From: an uncultured Flavobacteriales bacterium
GTDB lineage: Bacteria; Bacteroidota; Bacteroidia; Flavobacteriales_E; Vicingaceae
Reading direction: 5' to 3'
Length of the DNA: 64,000 bases
Assembly (NCBI GenBank): GCA_963973975.1
Contig: CAXBCF010000017.1
Coordinates: 559 to 64,558, forward strand
Part shown: piece by piece, positions 30,882-40,766 of the stretch
Numbering within the stretch: the first letter of the stretch is position 1
How the letters are laid out: the number at the start of each line of letters is the position of its first letter
Program-made: the position numbers and the translations under genes
The notes under the pieces: model-generated
The model's input: the letters and a program-made list of their open reading frames with translations, nothing else
What the model was told of the DNA's origin: nothing
The model's database searches: none

Positions 30882-33800
30882 ATGAAGTCATTTTTACGTT
30901 TTCTTACTGTGATATTGCTGCTTTTCTCTGCATTTGAGGGGAAAGCTCAATGGCGCTTAATAATGGAAATGGTAGTTACTGATGAAGGTAAAAACCTTCC
31001 TGGCGCAGAAATTAAAGTTTTTAAAAGCGGTAAATTGGTAGAAACCGTTTTGACAGATGCGAAGGGAAGAGCTGATATTCCGCTTAATCCAAATGGAGAC
31101 TACACGATTGAAGTAGGAGGTAATAAGAATTTTGCAAAAAAGAAAATAGCAGTGAGTACCAATAATGTTCCTGCTGAAAATGCTAAAGGTGATATCTTTT
31201 ATCCTGCTGAAGTAGAGATTTTTAAGAATATTGATGGCTTAGATTTAGCTATTTTAGAAAAGCCTATTGGTAAAATATTTTATGATCCTGAATACGGAGA
31301 TTTTGGAGCCGATCGAAAGTATACCAAAGAAGTTCAAGCGAAATTAGAGCAACTTAAAAGAGACTATGAAGTTCAAAAAATTGAAGAAGAAAAAAATCTA
31401 AAAGAAAGGGAAAAAGAATATGCTGCTGCTATAAAAATTGCAGATAAAGCTTATGCTAGTGAAGAATGGGAAAAAGCAGAAGAAGAGTATAAACGAGCTG
31501 CAAAGCTTATGCCGATTGAAACCTACCCCTCCTTTCAATTAGCTGAATTGGAGACAAAGCTCATCAAAATTAGAGAGACAAATAAGAAATATGATGAAGC
31601 GATGACTAAAGCAGCTGCTGCTGAGAAAGTCAATCAACTAGAAACAGCAATTACAGAATATAAACGAGCAAGCGGCTATAAGCCTGCTGAAAATGCACCC
31701 AAAGAAAAAATTTCTACATTGCAGGAGTTGATTACAAATCAAGCAAAATCTGAACAGTTGTATTTGGCTGCCATTGAAAGAGGCGATAATGCTTTAAAAG
31801 TAAATGATTTTACTACTGCTAAAACAGCATTTGAAGAGGCTGCTGCTGCTAAACCGAGTGAGACTTACCCAAAGAATAAAATTGCTGAAATCAACGACAT
31901 CATTCAAAAACGTGAAGCAAAGAAAGGCTCTTACGATGAAGCAATCGCTTCAGCTGACCAGGCAGTAAAAGAAAAAGATTATCAGAAAGCAAAAGCAGAA
32001 TACCAAAAAGCATCTGGGATTTTTCCAACTGAAACTTATCCAAAAGAGCAAATCACAAAGATGGATGCTTTAATGGCTGATGCTGCTAAGCGAGATCAAA
32101 ATTACATCGCTGAAATTGAAAAAGGCGATCAAGCATTTAAAGCCAATGATTTTGATGCTGCTAAAAAAGCCTATGAAGCTGCAGGTGGAATAAAGCCCGA
32201 AGAAGCTTATCCAAAAACAAAGTTGGCAGAAATCAACAACCTTATCGCTGAACGAGCAGCAAAAGACAAAGAATATCAAGATAAAATAAGTGAAGCCGAC
32301 AAATCATTGGCAGAAAAGAAATACGAACTTGCTAAAACAGCTTATCAAGCAGCAGCTGCATTAAAACCAAGAGAAACGTATCCCAAAGAGAAAATCACTG
32401 AAATAGATGGCGTTTTAAGTCAATTGGCGGCGAAAGAAGAAAATTACAAGAAAGCAATCACTAAAGGAGATCAAGCACTGGGAAATGATGATTTTCAAGC
32501 TGCTAAAACTGCTTTCAATGAGGCATTGACATTAAAACCAGATGAAGCCTATCCAAAAGATAAGTTGGCAGAAATTGAAACAATTGTTTTAAAGAACCAA
32601 CAAGTTGAAGAAAATTACAAAAAAGCAATTCAGAACGGAGATGATGCGCTGCAAGCAAAGGATTTTGAAAATGCTAAAAAGTTCTACAAAGAAGCAATAG
32701 CACTGAAAGAAACTGAGAAATATCCCAAAGATAAATTAGCTGAAATCGATCAAAAGCTTGCTGCTGCAAAAGAAGTAGAAGAGAATTACGCCGCTGCCAT
32801 TAAAGAGGGTGATGCAGCTTTTTCCTCTAATGAATTTGAAAAAGCCAAACTTGCATTTACAAAAGCAAAAGATTTAAAACCTGAGGAAGCATATCCTCAA
32901 GAGCAGTTAACTAAAATTAATGAGACACTTGCTGCTGCTAAAAAAGTTGACGAGGATTACAAAACGGCAATCAAAGAAGGAGATGCAGCCATTGCTTCAT
33001 TGAACTACAATCAAGCTAAAACTGCTTTCGAAAAAGCGGCTAATTTGAAAAGCAATGAAGCTTATCCTAAAGACAAGATTAAAGAAATTGATACGCTTCT
33101 AGCTGAGCAAAATAAGAAACAAGAAGATTACAAGCAAGCCATTGCTTCTGCAGATAGAGCTTTTGATGCCAAAGAATGGGAAAAAGCAAAAACGAATTAT
33201 GAAACAGCTTTAACGATTAAGCAAGAGGAGCATCCTAAAAATAGAATTCAAGAAATTGAAACAACGCTTAAGGAAATTGCTGAAAAAGAAAAAGCTGCTG
33301 CTAAAATTGAGGCCGATTATCAAGCCGCCATTTCAAAAGGAGATCAGAGTTTGAACAATGAGAAATTAGAAGATGCTATTGCAGCATTTACTCAAGCGCA
33401 ACAATTGAAACCTGAAGAAGAATATCCTTCAAAGAAACTAGCCGAAATTAAAACGGTACAAGATCGTTTGGCGAAAGAAAAGGCAGAAGCAGAAGAGCTT
33501 GCTAAGAAAGAAGCTGATTACAAAAGTTTAATTACCGCTGCAGATAAAGCGTTTTCTGCCAATGATTTAAAAGATGCACGAGAAAATTATCAAGCTGCTT
33601 TGGCAATTAAGGCAGAAGAAAAACATCCTCAGGAGAGAATTGCTGCAATAAATGAACAATTAGCCGATGCCGCTGAGCAAGACAAGGTCTACACAGCCGC
33701 TATTAAAAGTGGTGACGATTTGTTTAATGCACAGAAATTTGAAGAAGCAAAACAAAAATACAATGAAGCGCTTTCGGTAAAGTCAGGAGAAAAATATCCT

Positions 33801-36563
33801 AAAGATCAATTACAAGTAATTGACACAAAATTAGCTGAGTTGGCTGCTAAACAAGAAGAAATTCGTTTGAAACAAGAACAAGCAAATGCAGATCAACAGA
33901 AGTTTGATGCATTTGTCTCAAAAGCAGATGAGGCCTTTGCTCAAAAGAAATATGAGGATGCTAAAACGAACTACGAGTCAGCTCTTGGCGTAAAAGAAGC
34001 GAGCTATCCTGCTGAAAAACTTGCTGAAATTGAAAAAATCTTAATACAATTAGCGAGTAAAGAAGAAGAGGCAGCAAAAGCAGCTCAACAAGCAAAAATT
34101 GATGCAGAATACCAAGGTTTAATAGCTGAAGCAGATCAGTTATTAAATGAAAAAAATTATCAAGATGCTAAGAAGAAATACCAAGATGCACTTGCAGTTA
34201 AAAATGAGCAGTATGCTCAACAAAAAGTTGATGAAATTGATGGTATTTTAGCTGCTCTCGTAAAAAAGAATGAAGCTGAAAAAGAAAAAGCAAATCGCGA
34301 CAATCAATACATGGCTTCAATAACACAAGCAGATGAAATGTATTCCTCAGAGCGATTTGAAAAAGCAAAAGCAAAATACGAGGAGGCGCTAACTTATAAG
34401 GACGAGCAATATCCAAAAGATCAATTAAAAGCAGTAGAGGCAGCACTTGCTGCTAAAGCAAAGAGAGATGCGAAATTAGCTCAAGAAGCCAAAAGTCAAA
34501 CCGAATACATTGCAACCATTCAAAATGCAGATAAAGCTTTGTCAAATGACAATTTCAAAGAAGCGCTTGCTTTGTATCAGAAAGCGTTGAACTTAATGCC
34601 AAATGAAACCTACCCGAGTAATAAAATAGATCAAATCAACTCGATATTGGAAAGAGAAGAACTTTCTGATAATGCTCAACGTGCTATTATTGAGTCCAAA
34701 TACATGGAATCAATTACACTTGCTGATTTAGCGATAGATTCCAAGGATTATGTTGAGGCACGAGAATATTACAAGAATGCAAAATCTTTAAAGCCAAAAG
34801 AAGCATATCCTGTAAAAATGCTTGCAAAAATTGATGAATTGATTGCTAATGAAGAGCAAGCAAAAATCGACGCTAAGTTGGCAAAAGAACGAGCTGCTCA
34901 AAATGAGATGGCCTATCAATCAGCGATTGTAGCGGCAGATAATTTTTATGCGGAAAAGAAATACAATGAGGCTGAGAATGAATATCGTTTGGCATTGAGC
35001 TTAAAACCATCAAGTGAGTATCCTCAAAATCAAATGGATAGAATCAAGGCAATTTTTGACGAACAAAAAGCAAAAGAAGCTAATAAAAGAGCTATAGCAG
35101 ATGCAGAAAATCAATTTAAAACACACATTGCAAATGCTGACGAAGCATTTAATAAAAATGATTACCAAAAGGCAAAATCGGAATACAATAAAGCACTTTC
35201 ATTGAAAGCCAATGAGCAATATCCTAAAGATAGAATTAAAGCAATCAATGATTTATTAGAGCAAGAACGCTTAGCTGATTTGGAAAAGAGAAAGCAAGCC
35301 GATAAACCTATTGAGATTCAAAAAGGGCCTAAAAAAACGATAACAGGCGATGCTGAAGCAGAGATTGAGAAGCTTTATCGTGAAATGAAAGAGAAAAAAG
35401 ATGCTGAAAAATTGCTTGCTATTCAAGAAAAAGAACGCTTGGTTAAAGAATTGGGAGAACAAAAAAGAGAAGAGGAAAACAATAAACGCCAAAATGCCAT
35501 AGAGCGAATTGAGGGTATTAGCATATCCATTAGTGAACAACAAAAAATGGGCGATGACTTTTACATGCAGAACTACGAAGTTGTGAAAGAAAAAGTAAAA
35601 GATTTAAATGCTGCAAATGAGGAATTAAAAGTCAACTCAGAAAGAAATCGAAATAACGATTTTGAGGACATCTATGCAAGTAGCGATGATTTTAGAGCGT
35701 TTCACACTAAAAGAAATGAGTCGATTTCAGGAAGTAAGAAATCAGTAGTGGAAGGTGAATATGATGAATTGAATACTACTATTAATTCTTATGTGAAAAA
35801 GCAAGAAAGTCAGATTGAAAAATCAAATGAGGCGTATATTAGAAAGGAAGAAACGATTCAAGAATGGTCTCGCAAAAGTGCAGAAAGTAATTTAAATAAA
35901 AACACTGCTTTCGTTGATCAAAAAACAAAAGAGCTTACTGAAGCTGAAAGGGAACGCGTCAAAAATGCTAGAGAAAAAATAGAAAACTCTAATGAAGAAT
36001 ATATTTTAAAGGAAGAAACGATTCAAGAATGGTCACGAAACATGGCTGAAAGTAGTCTTAATAAAAATACAGCATACGTCGATCAAAAGACAAAAAGTAT
36101 AACAGATGCTGAAAAAGAACGCATAAAAAATTCAAGGGAAAGAATAGAAGAAACGCAGCAAGAGGTACATCAAAAAGAAACAGATTTGCGCCAATTTTCT
36201 GAATCGAGGAAAGAGCACTTTAAAGAAAATCAAAATCAAGTTGAGGAAAAGGAGAAAGCAGTTCAAACTTTTACCAATGAATTAACTGCCGAATCAGAGA
36301 AAAAGCGCACAGAAAATTACAATGAGGACTATTATCAAGGTGAGAAAAAAACGCGACAAGATTCTGAAGCTGCCAACTATGCTCAAGGAGTTACTGAAGA
36401 AATTATTGAAAATACTAATAACAGTACAACAATTAGAAGAATTGTTGTTGAAGGAACTCAGGTTGATATTTATGAAAAAACGTTTTATCCCTACGGAGGA
36501 ATTTTTTATACCAAAAACGGAAACAACATCACCCAAGAAGTTTGGGATGCCGAAAGTAGGTAG
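30882..36563 (+). CDS. 1893-aa secreted repeat protein (CarboxypepD_reg-like N-domain, ~21 helical repeats, Glu/Lys-rich coiled-coil tail)
   Basis: Signal peptide ending GKAQ. VVTDEGKNLPGAEIKVFKSGKLVETVLTDAKGRADIPLNPNGDYTIEVG resembles a carboxypeptidase-regulatory-like fold. From about nt 31413 to 35265 a ~57-70-aa unit recurs, ending in the motif [KP]xE[AT]YPK[DE]K[IL]AEI[DN]xxL. Confidence 0.85.
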   Translation: MKSFLRFLTVILLLFSAFEGKAQWRLIMEMVVTDEGKNLPGAEIKVFKSGKLVETVLTDAKGRADIPLNPNGDYTIEVGGNKNFAKKKIAVSTNNVPAENAKGDIFYPAEVEIFKNIDGLDLAILEKPIGKIFYDPEYGDFGADRKYTKEVQAKLEQLKRDYEVQKIEEEKNLKEREKEYAAAIKIADKAYASEEWEKAEEEYKRAAKLMPIETYPSFQLAELETKLIKIRETNKKYDEAMTKAAAAEKVNQLETAITEYKRASGYKPAENAPKEKISTLQELITNQAKSEQLYLAAIERGDNALKVNDFTTAKTAFEEAAAAKPSETYPKNKIAEINDIIQKREAKKGSYDEAIASADQAVKEKDYQKAKAEYQKASGIFPTETYPKEQITKMDALMADAAKRDQNYIAEIEKGDQAFKANDFDAAKKAYEAAGGIKPEEAYPKTKLAEINNLIAERAAKDKEYQDKISEADKSLAEKKYELAKTAYQAAAALKPRETYPKEKITEIDGVLSQLAAKEENYKKAITKGDQALGNDDFQAAKTAFNEALTLKPDEAYPKDKLAEIETIVLKNQQVEENYKKAIQNGDDALQAKDFENAKKFYKEAIALKETEKYPKDKLAEIDQKLAAAKEVEENYAAAIKEGDAAFSSNEFEKAKLAFTKAKDLKPEEAYPQEQLTKINETLAAAKKVDEDYKTAIKEGDAAIASLNYNQAKTAFEKAANLKSNEAYPKDKIKEIDTLLAEQNKKQEDYKQAIASADRAFDAKEWEKAKTNYETALTIKQEEHPKNRIQEIETTLKEIAEKEKAAAKIEADYQAAISKGDQSLNNEKLEDAIAAFTQAQQLKPEEEYPSKKLAEIKTVQDRLAKEKAEAEELAKKEADYKSLITAADKAFSANDLKDARENYQAALAIKAEEKHPQERIAAINEQLADAAEQDKVYTAAIKSGDDLFNAQKFEEAKQKYNEALSVKSGEKYPKDQLQVIDTKLAELAAKQEEIRLKQEQANADQQKFDAFVSKADEAFAQKKYEDAKTNYESALGVKEASYPAEKLAEIEKILIQLASKEEEAAKAAQQAKIDAEYQGLIAEADQLLNEKNYQDAKKKYQDALAVKNEQYAQQKVDEIDGILAALVKKNEAEKEKANRDNQYMASITQADEMYSSERFEKAKAKYEEALTYKDEQYPKDQLKAVEAALAAKAKRDAKLAQEAKSQTEYIATIQNADKALSNDNFKEALALYQKALNLMPNETYPSNKIDQINSILEREELSDNAQRAIIESKYMESITLADLAIDSKDYVEAREYYKNAKSLKPKEAYPVKMLAKIDELIANEEQAKIDAKLAKERAAQNEMAYQSAIVAADNFYAEKKYNEAENEYRLALSLKPSSEYPQNQMDRIKAIFDEQKAKEANKRAIADAENQFKTHIANADEAFNKNDYQKAKSEYNKALSLKANEQYPKDRIKAINDLLEQERLADLEKRKQADKPIEIQKGPKKTITGDAEAEIEKLYREMKEKKDAEKLLAIQEKERLVKELGEQKREEENNKRQNAIERIEGISISISEQQKMGDDFYMQNYEVVKEKVKDLNAANEELKVNSERNRNNDFEDIYASSDDFRAFHTKRNESISGSKKSVVEGEYDELNTTINSYVKKQESQIEKSNEAYIRKEETIQEWSRKSAESNLNKNTAFVDQKTKELTEAERERVKNAREKIENSNEEYILKEETIQEWSRNMAESSLNKNTAYVDQKTKSITDAEKERIKNSRERIEETQQEVHQKETDLRQFSESRKEHFKENQNQVEEKEKAVQTFTNELTAESEKKRTENYNEDYYQGEKKTRQDSEAANYAQGVTEEIIENTNNSTTIRRIVVEGTQVDIYEKTFYPYGGIFYTKNGNNITQEVWDAESR
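35814..36143 (+). repeat. Two tandem 165-nt (55-codon) copies inside the repeat-protein gene
   Basis: IEKSNEAYIRKEETIQEWSRKSAESNLNKNTAFVDQKTKELTEAERERVKNAREK versus IENSNEEYILKEETIQEWSRNMAESSLNKNTAYVDQKTKSITDAEKERIKNSRER. The DNA copies start at 35814 and 35979. Confidence 0.85.
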
Positions 36564-36568
36564 TTGAA

Positions 36569-37720
36569 ATGATTTTTAAGCAAACATTGAGATACATTCT
36601 TCTCTTTTCCTTAGTTTATTATTTTTTTTCCTGTGGAAAACCCAGTAAAAGTGAAGCAACAAAATTCGATTCAGAAGGCGAACAAATTACAAAGCACTTT
36701 TCTATCTTTGAGAAGGAGTCTTATACCATCTTAGAAATTTCTGAACCCTTTGTAGGCTCATCTTCGATTGAGCGATATCTGCTGTATCCTAAAAATGAAA
36801 ATCCTCCAAATATTGAAGGAATAACTCATTTTATTCCTGTTCCTGTGAGTCGAGTTGGAATTAATTCCACCACATATTTGGGTTTAATTGAGCCTTTAGG
36901 TCAGATTGATAAAATCTCAGCTGCATCGAATTTAAATTTATACTATAGTCCACAATTTCAAGAAAATGTTGAAAATGGGGAAATTCAATCTATTGGACAG
37001 CAACGAATCGAGCAGGAATCATTGATAAACGAAAAGTTGGATTTGCTTTTTTCTTATGTGATTGATGCAAATGATTTGAAGGAAGTAAAGCGCTTACGCG
37101 AATTGGGTCAGAATGTAATATTAATTGCTGAATACATGGAGCAAGATCCATTAGAAAAAGCGGCATGGATAAAAGCAATGGCACTTTTTTTTGGCGAAAG
37201 TGCAGAATTGAAAGCAGATAGTATTTTGGCAATGGTAAAAGAGAATTACGATAGTTTAAAAAAGCAATCGAATGAATTTACTAATCAGCCTGAAGTGATG
37301 ATTGGTTATCCTTGGAAAGGAACTTGGTATGTGAGTGGAGGGAACTCTTTTCAAGCTAAGTTAATAGAAGATGCTGGAGCAAACTATACATGGAAAACCT
37401 TCGATCAAGCAGGAAGTATTCCATTAACAATAGAACGAGTTCTTGATGATGCCTTAGAAGCAGATTTTTGGATTAACTGTGGCAATGTGACCAATTTTTC
37501 GACGATTGAAAAGGATCAAGCGTTATTGAAAAATTTTAAAGCTTTCAAAAATCAGGTTATTTATCACCATTACAAACGTTCCAATGCTTCAGGTGCCAAC
37601 GATTATTGGGAACAAGGCATTGTTCGTCCGGATTTGATTTTAGCAGATTTAGTAAGTATTTTTCATGGCGTTAAAGACAGTAGTCAGTCGCTTTATTTTT
37701 ACGAAAAACTTGCGCCATAG
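36569..37720 (+). CDS. ABC transporter substrate-binding lipoprotein (BtuF/FhuD class)
   Basis: Lipobox FFSCG. It is followed by FecCD-family permease and ATPase genes with 2-nt and overlapping junctions. Confidence 0.75.
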   Translation: MIFKQTLRYILLFSLVYYFFSCGKPSKSEATKFDSEGEQITKHFSIFEKESYTILEISEPFVGSSSIERYLLYPKNENPPNIEGITHFIPVPVSRVGINSTTYLGLIEPLGQIDKISAASNLNLYYSPQFQENVENGEIQSIGQQRIEQESLINEKLDLLFSYVIDANDLKEVKRLRELGQNVILIAEYMEQDPLEKAAWIKAMALFFGESAELKADSILAMVKENYDSLKKQSNEFTNQPEVMIGYPWKGTWYVSGGNSFQAKLIEDAGANYTWKTFDQAGSIPLTIERVLDDALEADFWINCGNVTNFSTIEKDQALLKNFKAFKNQVIYHHYKRSNASGANDYWEQGIVRPDLILADLVSIFHGVKDSSQSLYFYEKLAP

Positions 37721-37722
37721 TC

Positions 37723-38742
37723 ATGCTTAATTTAAGGAACAACCTCTTTTTTGTGCTCTTATTAGTGCTGACACCAATCTTGTTTTTTTTGGATTTAGTT
37801 TATGGAAATGTATCCATCCCATTTAGCGAGGTTTTAAGTGCTTTTAAAGGAGAATCGGTGTCATTGAGTCATCAGATTATTTTGTTTGAGTCGAGGTTGC
37901 CTAAAGCGATCACTGCAGTTTTGTGTGGAGCGGCTCTAGCGGTTTCAGGTTTGTTGATGCAAACGCTTTTTAGAAATCCTTTGGCAGGTCCATATATTTT
38001 GGGAATCAGTTCAGGTGCAGGATTAGGAGTTGCCATTTTAGTGATGGGAGCAGGAATATTTGGTTACAGTTTTATAGATGGGTTTTCATTGAGTTTTGCA
38101 GCATTTCTTGGTGCTACAGCTGTATTGTTTATCTTGTTTTTAGTATCCAATAAAGTCAATGATGTGATGACACTGTTGATTCTAGGAGTGATGATTGGAG
38201 CAGTTGCAACCGCAATAATTGGTTTGATTCAATATTTCTCATCTGATTATCAACTAAAATCTTTTTTAATTTGGACTCTAGGAAGTTTATCTGCCATTTC
38301 CATGAGTCAGATTTCTATGGTCGCTTTATTGCTTTTTATTGGAATAGTGGTTGCATTTATTTTTTCTAAACAATTGAATGCTTTGCTGCTGGGCGAAGAA
38401 TACGCAACAACAATTGGTGTTCCCATTCAATTTGTCCGTTTAATTATAATTTTAGTTAGTGGATGGTTAGCAGGAATTATAACAGCTTATTGTGGCCCAA
38501 TTGGCTTTATTGGAATTGTGGTTCCCCACCTTGCACGCCTGTTTTTTAAAACATCCAACCATTATATTTTGATACCTTCGGCAGTATTGATTGGTGCTAA
38601 TATGTTGTTGATTAGTGATTTAATTGCAAATATTTTCGGTAGTGGAATTAGTTTGCCAATCAATTCAATCACAGCGATTTTAGGGATTCCAATTGTCTTT
38701 TGGATTATTTTTAGCAAACGAAAAATTGCATCAGGATTTTGA
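37723..38742 (+). CDS. FecCD/BtuC-family ABC permease
   Basis: 339 aa and about 9-10 TM segments, with motifs LLMQTLFRNPLAGPYILGISSGAGLG and GPIGFIGIVVPHLAR characteristic of FecCD/BtuC permeases. Confidence 0.9.
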   Translation: MLNLRNNLFFVLLLVLTPILFFLDLVYGNVSIPFSEVLSAFKGESVSLSHQIILFESRLPKAITAVLCGAALAVSGLLMQTLFRNPLAGPYILGISSGAGLGVAILVMGAGIFGYSFIDGFSLSFAAFLGATAVLFILFLVSNKVNDVMTLLILGVMIGAVATAIIGLIQYFSSDYQLKSFLIWTLGSLSAISMSQISMVALLLFIGIVVAFIFSKQLNALLLGEEYATTIGVPIQFVRLIIILVSGWLAGIITAYCGPIGFIGIVVPHLARLFFKTSNHYILIPSAVLIGANMLLISDLIANIFGSGISLPINSITAILGIPIVFWIIFSKRKIASGF

Positions 38743-39521
38743 GTGAGTCATTGTTACATATCGAAAAATTGTGCTTGGCTTATTCCAATAATGCAGAGAA
38801 TGTCCTAGAAAATGTGAATTTATCTTTGCCAAAAGGGTCAATTATCGTTCTTTTGGGTGAAAATGGTTCAGGAAAAACTACTTTGTTAAAAGCCATTGCA
38901 GGTCTTCAAAAACCTAAGTCTGGAAAGATTGAAATTGAGAATAAAAAAATTCAAAGTTGGACGAAGAAAACCTTAGCTAGTAAAGTAGCTTATGTTGGAA
39001 GTAAACAACAATTTAATCACCTACATCAATTAGAGGAGTTTGTTGCTTTTGGACGTTATCCTTTTCTAAATTGGCTTTCAAAATTGAAAGAGTCTGATAA
39101 GAAACTAATTGACACAACGCTTCAGAATTGTGACATTGCTCACCTTCGCAATCGTACGCTCGATCAATTGAGTGATGGTGAACGACAAAAAGCCATTATT
39201 GCTCGGGCTTTTGTTCAGCAAACTGATTTACTTGTTTTGGATGAACCAACCACTCATTTAGATTTTAAAAATGCCATGGCAATTTTAAAATTATTACAAG
39301 AGCAAAGTCGGCAATTGCAAAAGACAATTATTTTTTCAACTCATCAACTTGAAGCTGCAATGCACATAGCTGATACAGTTTGGTTGTGTAACAATAAGAA
39401 TATTCACTCAATTAGCACCAAAGCGTTTTTAGCATCAAAAGACTTTCAAAAATTAGTATTGGGAGATTATTACAGTTTTGATCAAAGTTCAAACAGTTTT
39501 AAAATCGATTTCAATGAGTGA
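38739..39521 (+). CDS. ABC transporter ATP-binding protein (BtuD/FepC-like)
   Basis: Walker A GENGSGKTTLLK, signature LSDGERQK, Walker B LLVLDEPTTHLD. The TTG start overlaps the permease stop (TTGA). Confidence 0.9.
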   Translation: MSESLLHIEKLCLAYSNNAENVLENVNLSLPKGSIIVLLGENGSGKTTLLKAIAGLQKPKSGKIEIENKKIQSWTKKTLASKVAYVGSKQQFNHLHQLEEFVAFGRYPFLNWLSKLKESDKKLIDTTLQNCDIAHLRNRTLDQLSDGERQKAIIARAFVQQTDLLVLDEPTTHLDFKNAMAILKLLQEQSRQLQKTIIFSTHQLEAAMHIADTVWLCNNKNIHSISTKAFLASKDFQKLVLGDYYSFDQSSNSFKIDFNE

Positions 39522-40743
39522 TAAATCTTCTTTTAAAAAAGTATTATTTATCTCGTATGATGGATTAACTGATCCATTGGGGCAATCTCAGATATTGCCT
39601 TACCTCATAGGTTTGTCAAATTTGGGGCATTCAATACACATATTGAGCTGTGAAAAGAAAGAAAATTTTGAGTTGAATTTTAATCAAGTCAATGAGAAAG
39701 TTAAAAGCAGTCAACTTTCATGGACTTACACTTTTTATTCAAATCGACCACCAATCATTTCAACGGTTTTCATTATTCAAAAAATGAAAACATTGGCGCT
39801 AAAAATTGCTCGAAAGCAGCAAACTGAAATTATTCATTGTCGTTCGCTCATACCCGCTATGATAGGAAGCTCTATCAAGAAAAAACAAGGAGGAAAATTG
39901 GTTTTTGATATTCGAGGGTTCTGGGCCGATGAGCGCATTGAAGGTGGAATTTGGAACTATAATAATCCCTTGTTTAGAATTATATATAATTTTTTTAAAA
40001 GCAAGGAAAAGCACTTGTTTGAAAATTCAGACTACATCATTTCCTTAACAGAAAATGCTAAAAATTTCATTGCTGCAAATTTTAAAACCAAAGGTAATTT
40101 TCAAGTGATTCCTTGTTCAGTTGATTTGAATCATTTTAATCCCAATCAGTTGGATGATAAGCTAATCGCTTCATTAAAGTTAAAGTTTAACTTCTTGCCA
40201 GGTGATTTCGTTCTGACTTATGTTGGCTCTTTGGGAACTCGCTATTTATTAAAAGAAATGTTGCTATTCTTCAAAAGCTTGAAGCAGCAAAAAAAAGAAG
40301 CTAAATTTCTTTTTATTACAAAAAGCAATACCAATGAAATAGAATCGATTTGTAAGGAACATACTATTGATTTTTCATCCATCATTATTACTTCATGCGA
40401 TTACAAAGAAATTCCCAATTATATAGCTATTGGAAATGCCTCAATCTTTTTTATTGTGACTTCTTTTACAGGCAAAGCAGTATCTCCTACAAAACAGTCA
40501 GAAGTAATGAGCTTAGGTTTACCAATTGTGAGTAATTCTGGCTTGGGCGATACCGACAAGATTTTGGAAGCTACCAATACAGGAATTGTAGTAAAAGAAT
40601 TTAATAAAGCTGCATATGAAGTTGCTGCAAAGAAACTACTCCAATTTAATCGTTCAAAAAACGAAATTAGAGAAGTAGCAGTTCAGTATTTTTCTTTAGA
40701 CGCCGCTATTGAAAAGTATCGAGAAGTATATGCGCAGCTATAA
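39514..40743 (+). CDS. Glycosyltransferase (GT4/GT1-like, GT-B fold)
   Basis: N-terminal VLFISYDGLTDPLGQSQILPYL and C-terminal PTKQSEVMSLGLPIVSNSGLGD. ATG 39514 overlaps the ATPase stop (ATGAGTGA). Confidence 0.8.
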   Translation: MSDKSSFKKVLFISYDGLTDPLGQSQILPYLIGLSNLGHSIHILSCEKKENFELNFNQVNEKVKSSQLSWTYTFYSNRPPIISTVFIIQKMKTLALKIARKQQTEIIHCRSLIPAMIGSSIKKKQGGKLVFDIRGFWADERIEGGIWNYNNPLFRIIYNFFKSKEKHLFENSDYIISLTENAKNFIAANFKTKGNFQVIPCSVDLNHFNPNQLDDKLIASLKLKFNFLPGDFVLTYVGSLGTRYLLKEMLLFFKSLKQQKKEAKFLFITKSNTNEIESICKEHTIDFSSIIITSCDYKEIPNYIAIGNASIFFIVTSFTGKAVSPTKQSEVMSLGLPIVSNSGLGDTDKILEATNTGIVVKEFNKAAYEVAAKKLLQFNRSKNEIREVAVQYFSLDAAIEKYREVYAQL

Positions 40744-40766
40744 TTATTTTTTGACAATTTTGGTTT

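Noticed and set aside
31413-35265. Periodic sequence that might be a CRISPR array or DNA tandem repeat.
   Set aside because: The periodicity is at protein level (57-70 aa units) within one long open frame. The DNA copies are strongly diverged, and there is no short identical repeat/spacer structure.
36322-36567. 81-aa plus-strand ORF overlapping the end of the giant repeat gene. The same applies to 12970-13236, 28505-28705, 41002-41247 and 44758-44946.
   Set aside because: These are alternative-frame ORFs inside well supported genes, with no independent signals.
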